This document shows positions 25,629 to 37,600 of a stretch of 64,000 bases of DNA, piece by piece. The position numbers and the translations under genes are program-made. This stretch comes from a virus. The notes under the pieces are model-generated. The model had not been told where the DNA came from, did no database searches, and saw nothing but the letters and a program-made list of their open reading frames with translations. The DNA is taken from positions 64,001 to 128,000 of the IMG/VR virus record IMGVR_UViG_3300032180_000001; one strand, 5' to 3'. The first letter of the stretch is position 1. Every line of letters starts with the position of its first letter.

Positions 25629-28600
25629 TTACCACCCGCCATAATTTCCGCGGCTTGCCGCCCGATGTGCCGATCCGGTGAGCGCTTGGCTGAAGGCCGG
25701 TCCCTGCCGGTTGACCGCCGCCGTGTTCGCGTCCATCGACGCCCGCAGGGCACGCATCTCGTTGAGACTTTCCCGCTCGTAGGCAGTCATTCCGTCAGGA
25801 GAAACCGGCCGCGACGATCTGCTGTCACCGTGCCCTCGTGGCGAGATCCAGCCGCTGCGGCTCGGGGTGAGCATTTCCGGAGCGCCGGTCTGGTTGTTGA
25901 TCAGGTTCAGGCCTGGCTGGACGAGACCGCCCTGGTCGAAACGACGGCCGTGCTCGTCTATCCCGTGAATGCCGGTTGCCTTGCCTGCCAGCTTCAGCGC
26001 CTTCGTCTGTCCCTTGTCCATGAGGAACTGCTGCACGGCAAGCTGAGCGGCATCGTAGTTAGCTTGCATGCCCGCGTACAGCCCGCCATTCTGAGTCGCG
26101 GACTTGCCCACCCAGGAGGCGGGGTTGAAGACGTTCGCCACCATCAGGTCGCCGAGTTCCGGCTGCATCGCCCAGCCGAGCGGCGTAACCGAGCCCGGTC
26201 CGGAGATCAGGTATTTTAGCATCGGGTTGGTGGTCAGCGCCCGGACGAGCTGCAGCACGGGCGTGTTCGCCGTCGGCAGCTGCAACCCAGCACCGCCGGG
26301 CAGGGCACCGAGCTTCTGCTCCAGCCCCCGCAGGACCCCTTGGTCACCGGTCACCCTGTTTCCGGCATTGAGGTAGGCCCGGAGCGCCCGCTGGTAATGC
26401 CAGTTGTCGGTTTTCCACTTTTTCGAACCCTTTCTGTCATGCCCCAGGATCCGCTGGTCTGTTTCTGCCACACCGTAAGCGATGTTCGCTGCCTTCTCCG
26501 CGGCGGCGATCTTCTTCTCTTCTGAGGAGATCTGCCGGACCAGAGCGGCCCGCTCCTGCTCGGGAATGGCGGCGAGAACCGCCTCACGGTGCTTAATCGC
26601 CAGCTGGTCTTTCCCGATCGCGAATTCGGCACCCTTGTAAAGCTTGCTGTCCCGGAAGTACCCGGCGTCGTCGTGGTGCTTGCTGTCGTTGGCCATCCCG
26701 GCGGCGGCTTTCGCTGCGGCTGCCTGATCGCGAGTCAGTTTCGCCAGCAGTCCCCGCAGGTACCTGTCGTTGCCCGGGTTCTGCTGGTACTGCGCCACCT
26801 GTTTCGCCGCAGCATTGTAAGCAGCCTGGTCGCCCTTCTCAACCTGCCCGGCATGGAACAGCGCGGCCTGCGCCTTCTGGTAATTTTTCAGCTCGAGACG
26901 GTAAGCCGGGCTGGTCTTGCTGCCCTTGAACCGAGATAGGGTGCCGCCGAGCGACTCCACATTAGCCAGCGCCGCCGCAACGGCGTCTTTTGCATGCGTC
27001 AGGGCCAGGTCGTCGCGCTGGACGGTCTGCTGCGCCTTCTGCAACGGAGTTAGCGCCATCCACGCCTTGTATGCCTTGATGTTCGCCTGCTCGGTCGCGG
27101 CGGCAAACAGCGCGTTCTGCGCCTTGACGCTGTCAGCGGAGTACGCGCCGGTCAGCCCGTGCGCCAAGTCGTAATTCATCTTATTGCCGTAGCGAGTCTC
27201 GGCGCGCTGGTCAGCTGCCAGCGCGGCTTCCATCCCGGCTAGGGTCTGCTTCGGGGTTTTCGGCTTCGGTTTCTGGCCTGGTTTTCTGTTCCGCTGATGC
27301 CCCCCGTGGCCGCCGCTCATGCCGGGGATGCCCAGCCGCTCGCCAACCGTGAGAAGGTTCGGGTTCCCGCCAATCACCGAGCGGTTGGCGTCCCAGATCT
27401 CCGCCCAGTCACCCGCGTTACCGAGGAACCGCGCCGCGATGCCAGAGAGCGTGTCACCCGCCTTCACGTTATAGACTAGGCCACCCTTACTCTTCATGAA
27501 ACTAGCCGCGAGTGATAGTCCGGTAGAGTGCACGTCATTAATGCCATACCGTTCGACACCCTTACCCCAAAGATTAGCTGCCTCTAGTACTGACGTTGTT
27601 GATTTCATCTGACTGATAACTCCCTGATCGCCAGATGAATTGACGAATTCTATAATGGCGGGAAGCTGCGTTTTCATTCCGCCCTTAAAGGCAGCATCAG
27701 AGATAGTACCCGCCGGCGTCCAGCCAATGAGCCCTCGTCCGCCAGTGCCAGCAGCAAACGGGTTCCAGTTCGACTCTCCCCAAATTGATGCCGTAGCGCC
27801 AGCAGCAGCGAACTTTTGTCCGCCGAACAAATTTGTCAGCAGATAGTTATACAGCTCCCTGCCGTTAGCCATTTCCGAGCCAGTAGCACCGCCCGCCGGG
27901 CCGGTCCCAACTCCGCCTGCCAGCGCCGACGCTCCGGCCTTCGCGATGTGCGCAACCGCCTCTTGCGCTAGCTTGGGCGGCATGCCGCTCAGAATCCCGG
28001 CCAGGTTGCGCGTGCCGGTACCTTTCGCCGGATTACCGGTACCTTTCAGCAGGTCAACGACGGCCTTCGCGTTTCCGGCACTCGTTTGCAGCAGCAGATC
28101 GGTACCGACAGCGGAGAGCTTGCCCAGCGCGGAGGGATCCGGCCCGGTCGGAACGGTACTCACGCCGCCGCTGGCCGCGACGGACCCGCCCATGTTCGTT
28201 GGAGTCTGCTTCGTGCCCAGGCTCTTTAGAAATGACCAGAACTCTGCGCCCCCTGCGGTCAGTCCGCCGCCCTGGGTCAGCGGATGGGTGCCGGAAGGAT
28301 CAGCAAAGCCAGTTTCTATCGAGCTGCCATTCATCACGCCGATAACCTGACCGGCAGTGAGGCTTCCGCCTACTTTGAGACCGGGTACCAGCGGAACACC
28401 TTCAGCAAGATAAACAACACTGCCAGCCTTAGGACCGTCATTCAGACGGTAGGTGAAGAAGGTGCCCGGACTTGGTCCAGCGGGCGGACCCCAGCCGCCT
28501 TCTGATGTGCGGAGAATAGTTCCGTTACCAATAGCGAGCACCGGACCTGCACCGGTGAAGTCGACTCCTTGGTCAATCCTTGAACTTCCGGCACTTGAGG

Positions 28601-31600
28601 GAATCGGGTTAACATAGCCACCACCGACCACACCGCCCTTGGCGAACCCCGGAACGCCCATCGCCTTCAGCGCGCTTGCGTGCTTCCGGACGGTCATCTT
28701 GTCAACGACGGCTTCGCCGGGCTCGAGAAGCGCGGGTACGGAGTCGCCGCCGCCGAAGCCGTCGAGTCGGCCACCGCGGGCCATCGTAGCAATCTTCGGG
28801 ATGCTGCCCGAGACGCTTGCCCACGAGCCAATCGAGTTGATGCCAGTCACCAGGTTGTTCAGCCCGCCGATCGACGTGTTAACGGGAGGCTTGATGACAC
28901 TGGTCAGGCGCCCCCAGGCCCCGCCGACGTTGCTGACTCCGGTGGCGAATGCCTGCGGCACCTGGCTCGTGTAGATGGTGGTCATGGTGCTCAGGAACGG
29001 GCTCTTCTGCCAGGCGAGGTGACCGGTCATGATGCCGCGCACCGGCGTGTCGTACTGCGTCGAAGACGTTTTCGCTGATGCGTTGTAGACGCCCGGTATC
29101 GCCTGGGTGTACAGGTTGCTGATACCGGTGCCGAAGGTGCCCTGCTGCCAGTTCAGGTGCTGAGCCATCGTTGTGCGGACCGGCTTGTCATACCTGGACG
29201 AGGCAGCCTGCGCGCTGTTGTCGTAGACCGCTGGCAGCGCCTTGGTGTAGAGCTTGTCCATAGCGGTGCCGAACGTATTCTGCTGCCAGCCGAGATGACC
29301 GGTCAGCGTCTTCTGCACTGGCTTGGCAAACTTATCGCGAGTGCTTGCGGCTGACTTGTCGAGGCTGGCGGGGAGATCCTTGGTGAACACCCTGCTCAGT
29401 CCGTTACTGAACTGTCCCCTGACAAAACCTAGCGCGTCATTCAGGTTCTTTTTCACGGACTTGCCGAGCTTGCCCGTGCCCCCGTCACCGAGTTCGGCAT
29501 GCTTAGCGCTACCACCACCGGTGCTTGTCAGCGTAATTGCATGCGCGGGATGACCCGCTCCGCCGCCACCAACCGATCCGCCGGTCGCATACTTGTTGAG
29601 CCCGTCCAGGAATCCCGGTCCGTACATCTTCTTCAGGTGCGCGGCAGCGGTCTTGGTGAGCACGAACTCGCCGGGGGTGAGCATGGCCGGAACGGTATCA
29701 CCGTGTCCGGTGCCGCCGATGTGACCGCCCTTAGCGTGACCCGGCAGGCCGTACATCAACGCATTGAGTCCCGCCGCGCCAAGCTTTCCGAGGTGCATGG
29801 TATCCGGAACGAGGGTGATCGGGATCCTGAGGGGAGGTGGCTGCTGCACCGTTGGCTTGATGGGCGGCGGCTGCTGCACCTGCGGCTTGATCAGCGTTGA
29901 GTTGATAATGGCGATTTGGTTACTGTTCAACCCGAGATGATGTAGTAGGGCATCAACTTGTCCGGGATCACTGCCAGGCTTGATCTTCAGCTTATTAACG
30001 TCCGCTATCTGCGTGGAATTCAGCCCGATAAGTCCCAGCATTTTGTTCACGTCACGCGGATCACTGCCGGGGTGAATCTTCAGCGCGTTTACTTCGTTGA
30101 TCTTATGCTGGTTCAACTTGAGCCCTTGCAGAAGACCGGTAAGTCCCGCCCGCGCAATAGCCGAGCTGAGCTTGACAGATGGCGGAACCGCATGAATCTT
30201 TCCGGTAAGATCCTTTACACTGGCTGTGGCTTGATTAATCGGGACGTGCGCGTCTGTCAGGATTTTGATGAGCTTTCGCTGATTAGTGCCAATCGCGGTC
30301 TTGTTGTTACTAGCAACAGCCTGCGTCAGGTTATCAATGACAGCTTTCGCCTTTGGCGTCGTGGCGACCATGTCCTTGGTGTACTCAACCGCCTGTGCTT
30401 GAGAATGCTGCTGGTCCTGGATGACACCTGTGTACTTAGAAACCGACGCGGTCGCCTGCGCCTGAGTAGAAAGCCCGTCCTTCACGAGTGAATTGGCCAG
30501 CGCTGTCCGGTCAGCAACTAGCTTCTGTGCGGAAGCGTTGTTGTTCAGGTCCCGCGTGTAGGTGACAAGCGCCCTGCCGATGTCCGGTGGCGTGCCCGTC
30601 GTGCCCGGCTTGGTGATGTCGGCGTACCCCGCAGCAAGATTGACCGGACTCCTGCCCCCGCCCGGTGGCGTGCTGTACATGTCCCCCTTCGGACCTCGTG
30701 CGGGGACATAACCCGCCGGTGATGTGAATCCAGGATGAGGAGGCTGATCAACCGCAGGACGGCCCCGGCTGTCAGTCGGCGGAACATAACCGCCTCGGGT
30801 CACGTGCCCCGGCTGATTAGGCTTCGGTGGCGCTGGCTTGGGCGTCGTCGCAGTAGTGATTGTTGCTGCAGCCGTTGTCGCCGCTCCCGTCGTTATCCCC
30901 GCCGCAGTTGTCGCCGCCCCCGTTGTCGTGCCCGCTGCAGTCGTTGCTGCTCCCGTAAGTGCCGCTCCTGCCTTATTCGCCGCCGTATTTACCGCAGATA
31001 CTCCGGCATTGTTCAGCCTGTTCTGAGCATTTTGGGCAGCAGCCTGAGCGTTCGCGGCAGCAAGAAGCTGCGCCTGGGTAGCCTTGTGCTGGCCGTACAC
31101 CTTGTTCAGGTTCGTCATCTGAGCGACAGCCCCGGCCTGAGCATTATTCAGGGTCTTGTGTGCGGCGGCGAGCTGCGCGGAGGTAGCCGTACCGCTGGCC
31201 AGAAGTTTGTTCAGGTTCAGCTGGGCCGCAGCCGCCGACGCGTTGGCTCCCGTCAGGCCGCTCTGTGCTGCTTTTTTCTGCGCTGTTGTTGCCGGTCCCT
31301 GTGCCATCAAAGCGGTCAGCTTGTTCGTCGCCGCAGTTAGCTTGTTCTGCGCGTAAATCCCCGCGAGGATGGAGGCCCCGGTGACCAGTGGAGTGCCGCT
31401 CGCGCCCGTAGCCGCAGGAGAGACTGCCTTCGCCGCCTTCGCAGGAGAGACGCCCGCTTTTTTCTGCGCTGCCGCGATTGAAGCAGGTGTAGCACTGTAC
31501 GTCCCCGCCGGAACTGTAACTCCCGGCGCACCGAACTGATCGAAAACCGAACCGCCAGCTGCGAACTTATTCATTTTATGCAGGACGTCCGGCCCAAATT

Positions 31601-34600
31601 TATTCTCTAGCTTCTTCCGGGCATTCTTGTTGATCACGAACTCGCCGGGAGTCAGCAGCGCTGGCACTGTATCGCCACTGCCGCTACCGGGAACATGACC
31701 GCCCTTAGCGTAAGTAAATTCGAAGCTCAGGCCGAACGGAAGCGAAACGTGGACATGATGGCCGGTAAGCGCATTGTTAATAACATTGAAGAGAGTATTG
31801 CCGAGACCCGCGAGCCCGCTGATAGCCTCATCCCAGAGGTGCGCGGCCTCATGGCGCATCCCGTCGAAGATGACCGCGCCTTCCTGAAGGGCGGTGCTCA
31901 CCAGCCCGCTGAGCCCGCTGATCGCCTCGTCCCAGAGATGGGCACCTTCATGACGCATCCCGTCGAAGATGACCGCGCCTTCCTGGATAGCGTTGTTCAC
32001 CAGCCCGCTGAGCCCGCTGATCGCCTCGTCCCAGAGATGGGCACCTTCATGACGCATCCCGTCGAAGATGACCGCGCCTTCCTGGATAGCCCTGTTCACG
32101 AGGCCGTTGAGCCCGCTGATCGCGTCGTCCCAGAGATGTGCGCCCTCGTGCCGCGCTCCGTCGAAGACCACGGCCATCTCGTGCGGGAAAGAGTCACCGA
32201 TCGCGTGCACGAACCGGTTATGGAACCCCTGGGCGATGATGCTCCAGAAACCGTCGAACAGCTTCAGCGTGTTGGACAGGAATCCCTTCAGGTCGCTGCC
32301 CTTGCTCCCGACGAAGAAATCGTAGATCTTGTCGGCGACGTCGTGCTGGAATCCAGTGAAGACCCCAGCCCACGCCGTATGGAACACTCCGCCGATCGTT
32401 TTGCTTGAACTGCCCAGGGCTCCGACGACCGAGTTCGGGTCACGCGGACCGCCCTGCCCGGAATCTGACGTCCGGTGACCGGTAAAGAACCCTGTCACGG
32501 CATTGGCACCGCCAACAGAGATATTCGCCGCGCCCTGCCTAGTGAACAGCAGGTTGGCGATCGGCTGGAACCAGCCGGGGACCGTTTTGTTGTACGTTGC
32601 CAAGTTAGACGCCTGCGTTGGCTTGCCCACCACAGCATTGCTGACGCGACCGAGCACCTGACCGATGATCGCGGCGATAAGTGCAGTCCCGCCCGCGCCC
32701 CGCAGCAGCCCTTCCCCGCCCGCTCCTTCAGCTCCCCCGCCTGCCTTGCCGAACAAGCCCTTGAACCAGGTGCCAAACCGGGAGAAGAAGCCACCGGCCG
32801 CCAGCTCGCCGCCCTGCACGACATCGGATGTGCCGCGGGCACCGGGGATGCCAGTGGGCGGGCCGAACTTGCCCCCAGTCGCTGCTCCGGCTGTTTCTTC
32901 AGTCGCAACAGTCGCTCCGCCCGAAACCAGCGCTTCCCTGATCATAGCTGCGGCACTAGTGCCTCCTTCCTCGAACGCCGTTCTCATCAGGGCAGCTGCG
33001 TTTGAACCATCAACTTTCCCGCCGAGAAGACCACCGGTAAGCCTACCCAGAAGACTGCTACCGCTGAGAGCTTTGAAAAGGCTAGTAACACCAGTGAATT
33101 TCAGCAGTGCAATACCAGCAAGCGTGACCGCGATGCTCTCCAGAAATAGTTTGCCAGCCGTGTTCTTACTGATGTCCTTGACCCAGCCAGCGAAAAGGTT
33201 CAGCCCGTGCATAAGCGGAATGCCAACAACATCGATGATCTGCTTCAGGTTAAGCCGCAGGCTCTGGATCGTATCCGAAAAGCTGCTGGTGCCTGGTTTG
33301 GCGGCAGTCGTTGCCTTTCCCAGGTTCAGCGTGTAATTTGCCAGGTCATTAACGTACTTCGCGGCGTCCGGCCCGTAGATGCCTACTGATTTCAGGTCGG
33401 CGAGAAGCTGTACGCGATCCTTGCTGGCTGCGGCCTTATTGCCTTTTCCAAGGTCCGTAGTAAACTTAGCAAGAGCTGTCTGCACCTTACCGGTACTGCC
33501 AACGAGGGCCTGCTGCGCCGGAGTCAGGTCGGATTGCAAGGTATGCGCGAGCGCGGCGGCCTTGCCCGTCAGGTTGCTGTTGCCGATGGTGACCGCGTTC
33601 TGATTCCCCTGAAGTTTAGTCAGGCTGCCACCCATCTGGCTGATCCAGTTCGTCGCCTGCTGGAAGGTAGTTACGTACGGAGCGGCCCGTTGCACCCAGG
33701 AAACTACCTCAGCTTGCCAGGTCTTGTTGTTTCCGGCGGCCGTAACCATCGCCGCACCCGTATCAGCGATAGAACTCGTCAACTGTGGACCGGAGGCTCC
33801 TGCCTTCATGTTGGCGTCGACGAGAGAGTTAGCGTTGGTCAACAGCGACTGAAAATCAGTGTTCACTGTGTCGTAGGTGCTCGTGCCAGACGCAATGTCC
33901 GTGTTGAAAGTCTTCATGCTCTGGCCGAAGGTAGCCATCGACGTCTGGGTGCCAGTAACGATGCCGTACCAAGTGTCCCAGGCGCTCGTCAAGTTGTTAA
34001 TCGCTGTCACCTGGTCGTTGGCAGTTACCGACAGCACGTTCATGTCGCTGCCGACCATGCCCATCGTCTGGCCCATGTTCAGGTAACCGGTTACCAGGGA
34101 CGCGATCATTTGCATGGAGGTAGCCCACGCTTTGTTGTCCGCATTGGTGAAATCAGATACCTTGACTCCGGCTGTCTGTGCCAACTGCATTGCTGCGGGC
34201 AGACTGATTCCGTAGAGCTTCGAAATCTGAACAAGGCGCTCGGATTCAAGGGTGAAGTCCCCGAGGAGTTGCTGACGCGACTGGCCGAGCGTTCTCGCAT
34301 CAGCGCTGCCCGACGCTACTGCCTGCCGCCATGCGGCGGTAACATTCTTCAGCGAATTTTCTGTCGTGCTGAGCATAGTAATGGGTGTCGAATTAGCAAC
34401 GGCTGCAATTTGCGCGGATGCGTACTTCTGCATGGCATCCTGTGCCTTGACAGCCCAGACAACTACGGCAGCCAGTGCTGCTGCGATAAAGATGGCACCG
34501 CTTACCGCAGCCGGACCGAGTCCTTTCAGGACTTCACCAAATCTGGCGATCCGGCCACCCAGTGCTTCAAACATCGGTCCAACGACAGCCCAGCCTTTAG

Positions 34601-37600
34601 CCGCTGCGAGCCCGATGCCAAGACGTTCAACCAAATTCAAAAGGGCAGTAGCAGCAAGTCCGCTCCAGGCGTAGAGGGCATGCAGCCCGATTGCCCAGGC
34701 TGCCAGGGCGCCGCCAAACGGCGTATGGATAAAGTCAGCGACTACTCGAAACAGCTTGGTGACAGCGACGCCGATTCCTAGCATAATCTCAGCAATATGC
34801 GTTCGCTGGGTGATCCCGGCCAGAGCCCCCAGGAGCGCTCCAAGGTTAGCAAACGCTGTTGCCAGACCGGCGATGTCGCGCTGTCCCATCTTGATAAAGT
34901 TTGACAGGCCGGTACCAGAGCTGGCTTTATTCATGTCCACGGCAATGCGGGCGGCTGTCCTGTCTAGTGCCGTTCCGGTGTCCGTGATCAGCTTTTGCAT
35001 CACACCGCCACTCTTGCTGGCCATTGCGGTGAGCGCACTTCCGTATAGTTCGAATACCTGCGGGCGAACTTGATCCTGCAGCGCACTGAAAGAATTACCT
35101 AGTGAACTTACCTTTGTCGTAACGCCACCTGCTTGAGCGCCTAGCTTCTGAAGACTACCGCCTGCCGACACCACCATGAAATTCATCTGCGTGCCCATAG
35201 CCGTCGTCACAGTACCCAGATTTTTCACATATGTGGTAACCTGCGTAACCGCATCTTTGGCAGCAAGAGCAAATCCGCCGAGACCGAGCGCCAGCGTAGC
35301 CAGCGCCGGAATCCAGACGGCAAAAATTTCAACAGCCAGTTCCATGGCGATATGCCAGAGCTTGACGCTTTTCGCCGCACCATTAAATGCCTGAACCTGC
35401 TGCTGCATCCAGCCGAACCAGCCACCCGCACCCTTTGTGAGGAACGGGGTAATACCACCTCCGCCGGCTGCACCTGCCGCACCTGCTGCAGCGGCTGCAA
35501 GAACTCCACCCCCTCCACCGCCCTTGCCCCCGCCTGCACTCCCAGCCATAGTAGTGGCCATGACGGAACGCAATCTCCCGTACGCAGAGGCGAGATCTTT
35601 CACCCGGGCGATGTCTCCGGCGGTAGCCTTACTGAGGTCTATACTAGCTATATCTTTCAGTTCATCCTGAAGTCTTATCGCTTCGACAGCAATATCAGCT
35701 AGTACCCTCTTGGCGGAATCGCTGTCAACATGAGTTGCAAGGCTTATCAGGGTTTCCTTTATCTTCTTCGACTCAGCATCAAGCATAAATAGCTTATTCA
35801 TCGCCTCCGTAATGTCAATATTAGCGGCTGCGGTCTGCGGTGCAAGAAACTTCTGATATTCTTTAAGTGCAGCTTCCTGAAGTTTGCCGAGATCATTCCA
35901 GTCTTTCGTCATTTTCCGGGCTAGGTCATCCCAGGCTTTCCGCTGGTCCGCGTCAAACTTAAGATTATCCTTATTAGCGGACGCTTGCAGCTTACTGAGA
36001 TCATTCCAGTCTTTTGTCATTTTCCGGGCTAGGTCATCCCAGGTCTTCTGCTGATCCGCACCACCAGCAGCGCCACTCGCCGTATGCGCGGCTTTGACCC
36101 GCTTCAGTTCCTTTTCTGCCTGACTTAGCAGGGTTACCATCCGGATAACAGTGTCCGCCGCTGCCGCCTGGCTCATGAGGTCGACAGTCGACTGCTTCAT
36201 CTCATTCGATAGCTTGCTCTGCTCAATCCGGAGAATCATGGCCTGAGCAGCAGAATAACCGGCCTTCTCACCGAGATCAGACGTTGCAGCGTCAAGTTCC
36301 TTTAGTTTTGCTATCATATCAGCAGGAATAATAGTATTAAGCGGTTCGAATGCCTTTGCTGACTTTGCTGCCTGCGCTGCTGTTGCCGCCATAGTCGCGC
36401 CCAGTCCGCCGGTACTATCGGCTGCGGCATCTGCTGCCTTTTCCTGTACTTTTTCCGCAGCAGCAGCCAGGTACTCAGCCGCAGCCATCCCGCCTATCGC
36501 AGCGGTGGTGACAGTATATCCCTTATCAGCATAACCCCTAACGCCACCCTGACTTGACTCCCCGTATCCCTTGGCGTAAATAGCCCGGACGCGCTCAACC
36601 TCAGCAGCAGTCGTTTCAACTGTGTTCTTGAGCTTACCCCACTTACTAATTTGCAAGGTGATCGAAGTGTCCGCTGCTGCCGTTACCCGCTGATACTCCT
36701 GAAGGAAGCCTTTGCCCGTACCTACTTTCTCCGTCCAAGTGACTAGCTCCGCTGTTGCTTTCTCCATCGCCGGTGCCAGATTAACTTCCGGGGTGATCTT
36801 TGGCTTTTCCGTTGCGATTTTTTCGTCGAGCGCTGCTGCTTCCGCTAGTGCCGGTTTTTCATCAAGCTTCGGAGTAACAACCGGCGTATCAGCTTGATTG
36901 AAAGCAGCTTTCGCAGCCGTAGCAGCCTCTTTACTGCCATTCTCTATCGCCGTCCTGAACTCCCGGGTCGCGGCTTCCTTATTTACAGTTAGCGGCACCG
37001 CGACGGGCTTCATGACCTCCCCTACCCGGGCCTTAGCCGCCGTCATCATCATGTCCTGATACAGCTTATCGCGTGCTGCTTCCGACATCTTCGGCTCAAC
37101 AGGCACCTCGACTGGCTTACTGATCTTCGCGTCAAGCGCTGCCACCTCCGCCGTCGCCGGTCCCAGATCAACCTTCGGCTGAATGAATTCTTGCGACGAT
37201 ACTCGGTGCTTGTATTCCCCGCCGACAAACATGGCCTGCTGCCGCTGAAGATCTGTCAATGTCTGCTGGTTATGCTGCGGGACAAGGTTAACTTTCTGAT
37301 CCCGGTAAAGCTGGACTAGTGCTGCATCTAGATTCTTAACACCACTGAGCGCCGCCCGCAGATCCGTCAGGTTGATGTATCCTCCGGGCCTGTCCCCGCC
37401 TGCGGTTGCCATACTGCGGATCGTGGTCATAATCAGCTTGTCGAGCGCCATAACTTCCGTCATGGCCGGAGCCGTGTCCGCAGTAATCGACACCTCGGGC
37501 TTCTCTGCTTCTATAGCTTTGTCAAGCGCTGTGCATTCTGCCATGGCAGGAGCTGTGTTCAGTTCGGGGGTAACGACGGGCTTAGCTGCGGTAAGAGCAG

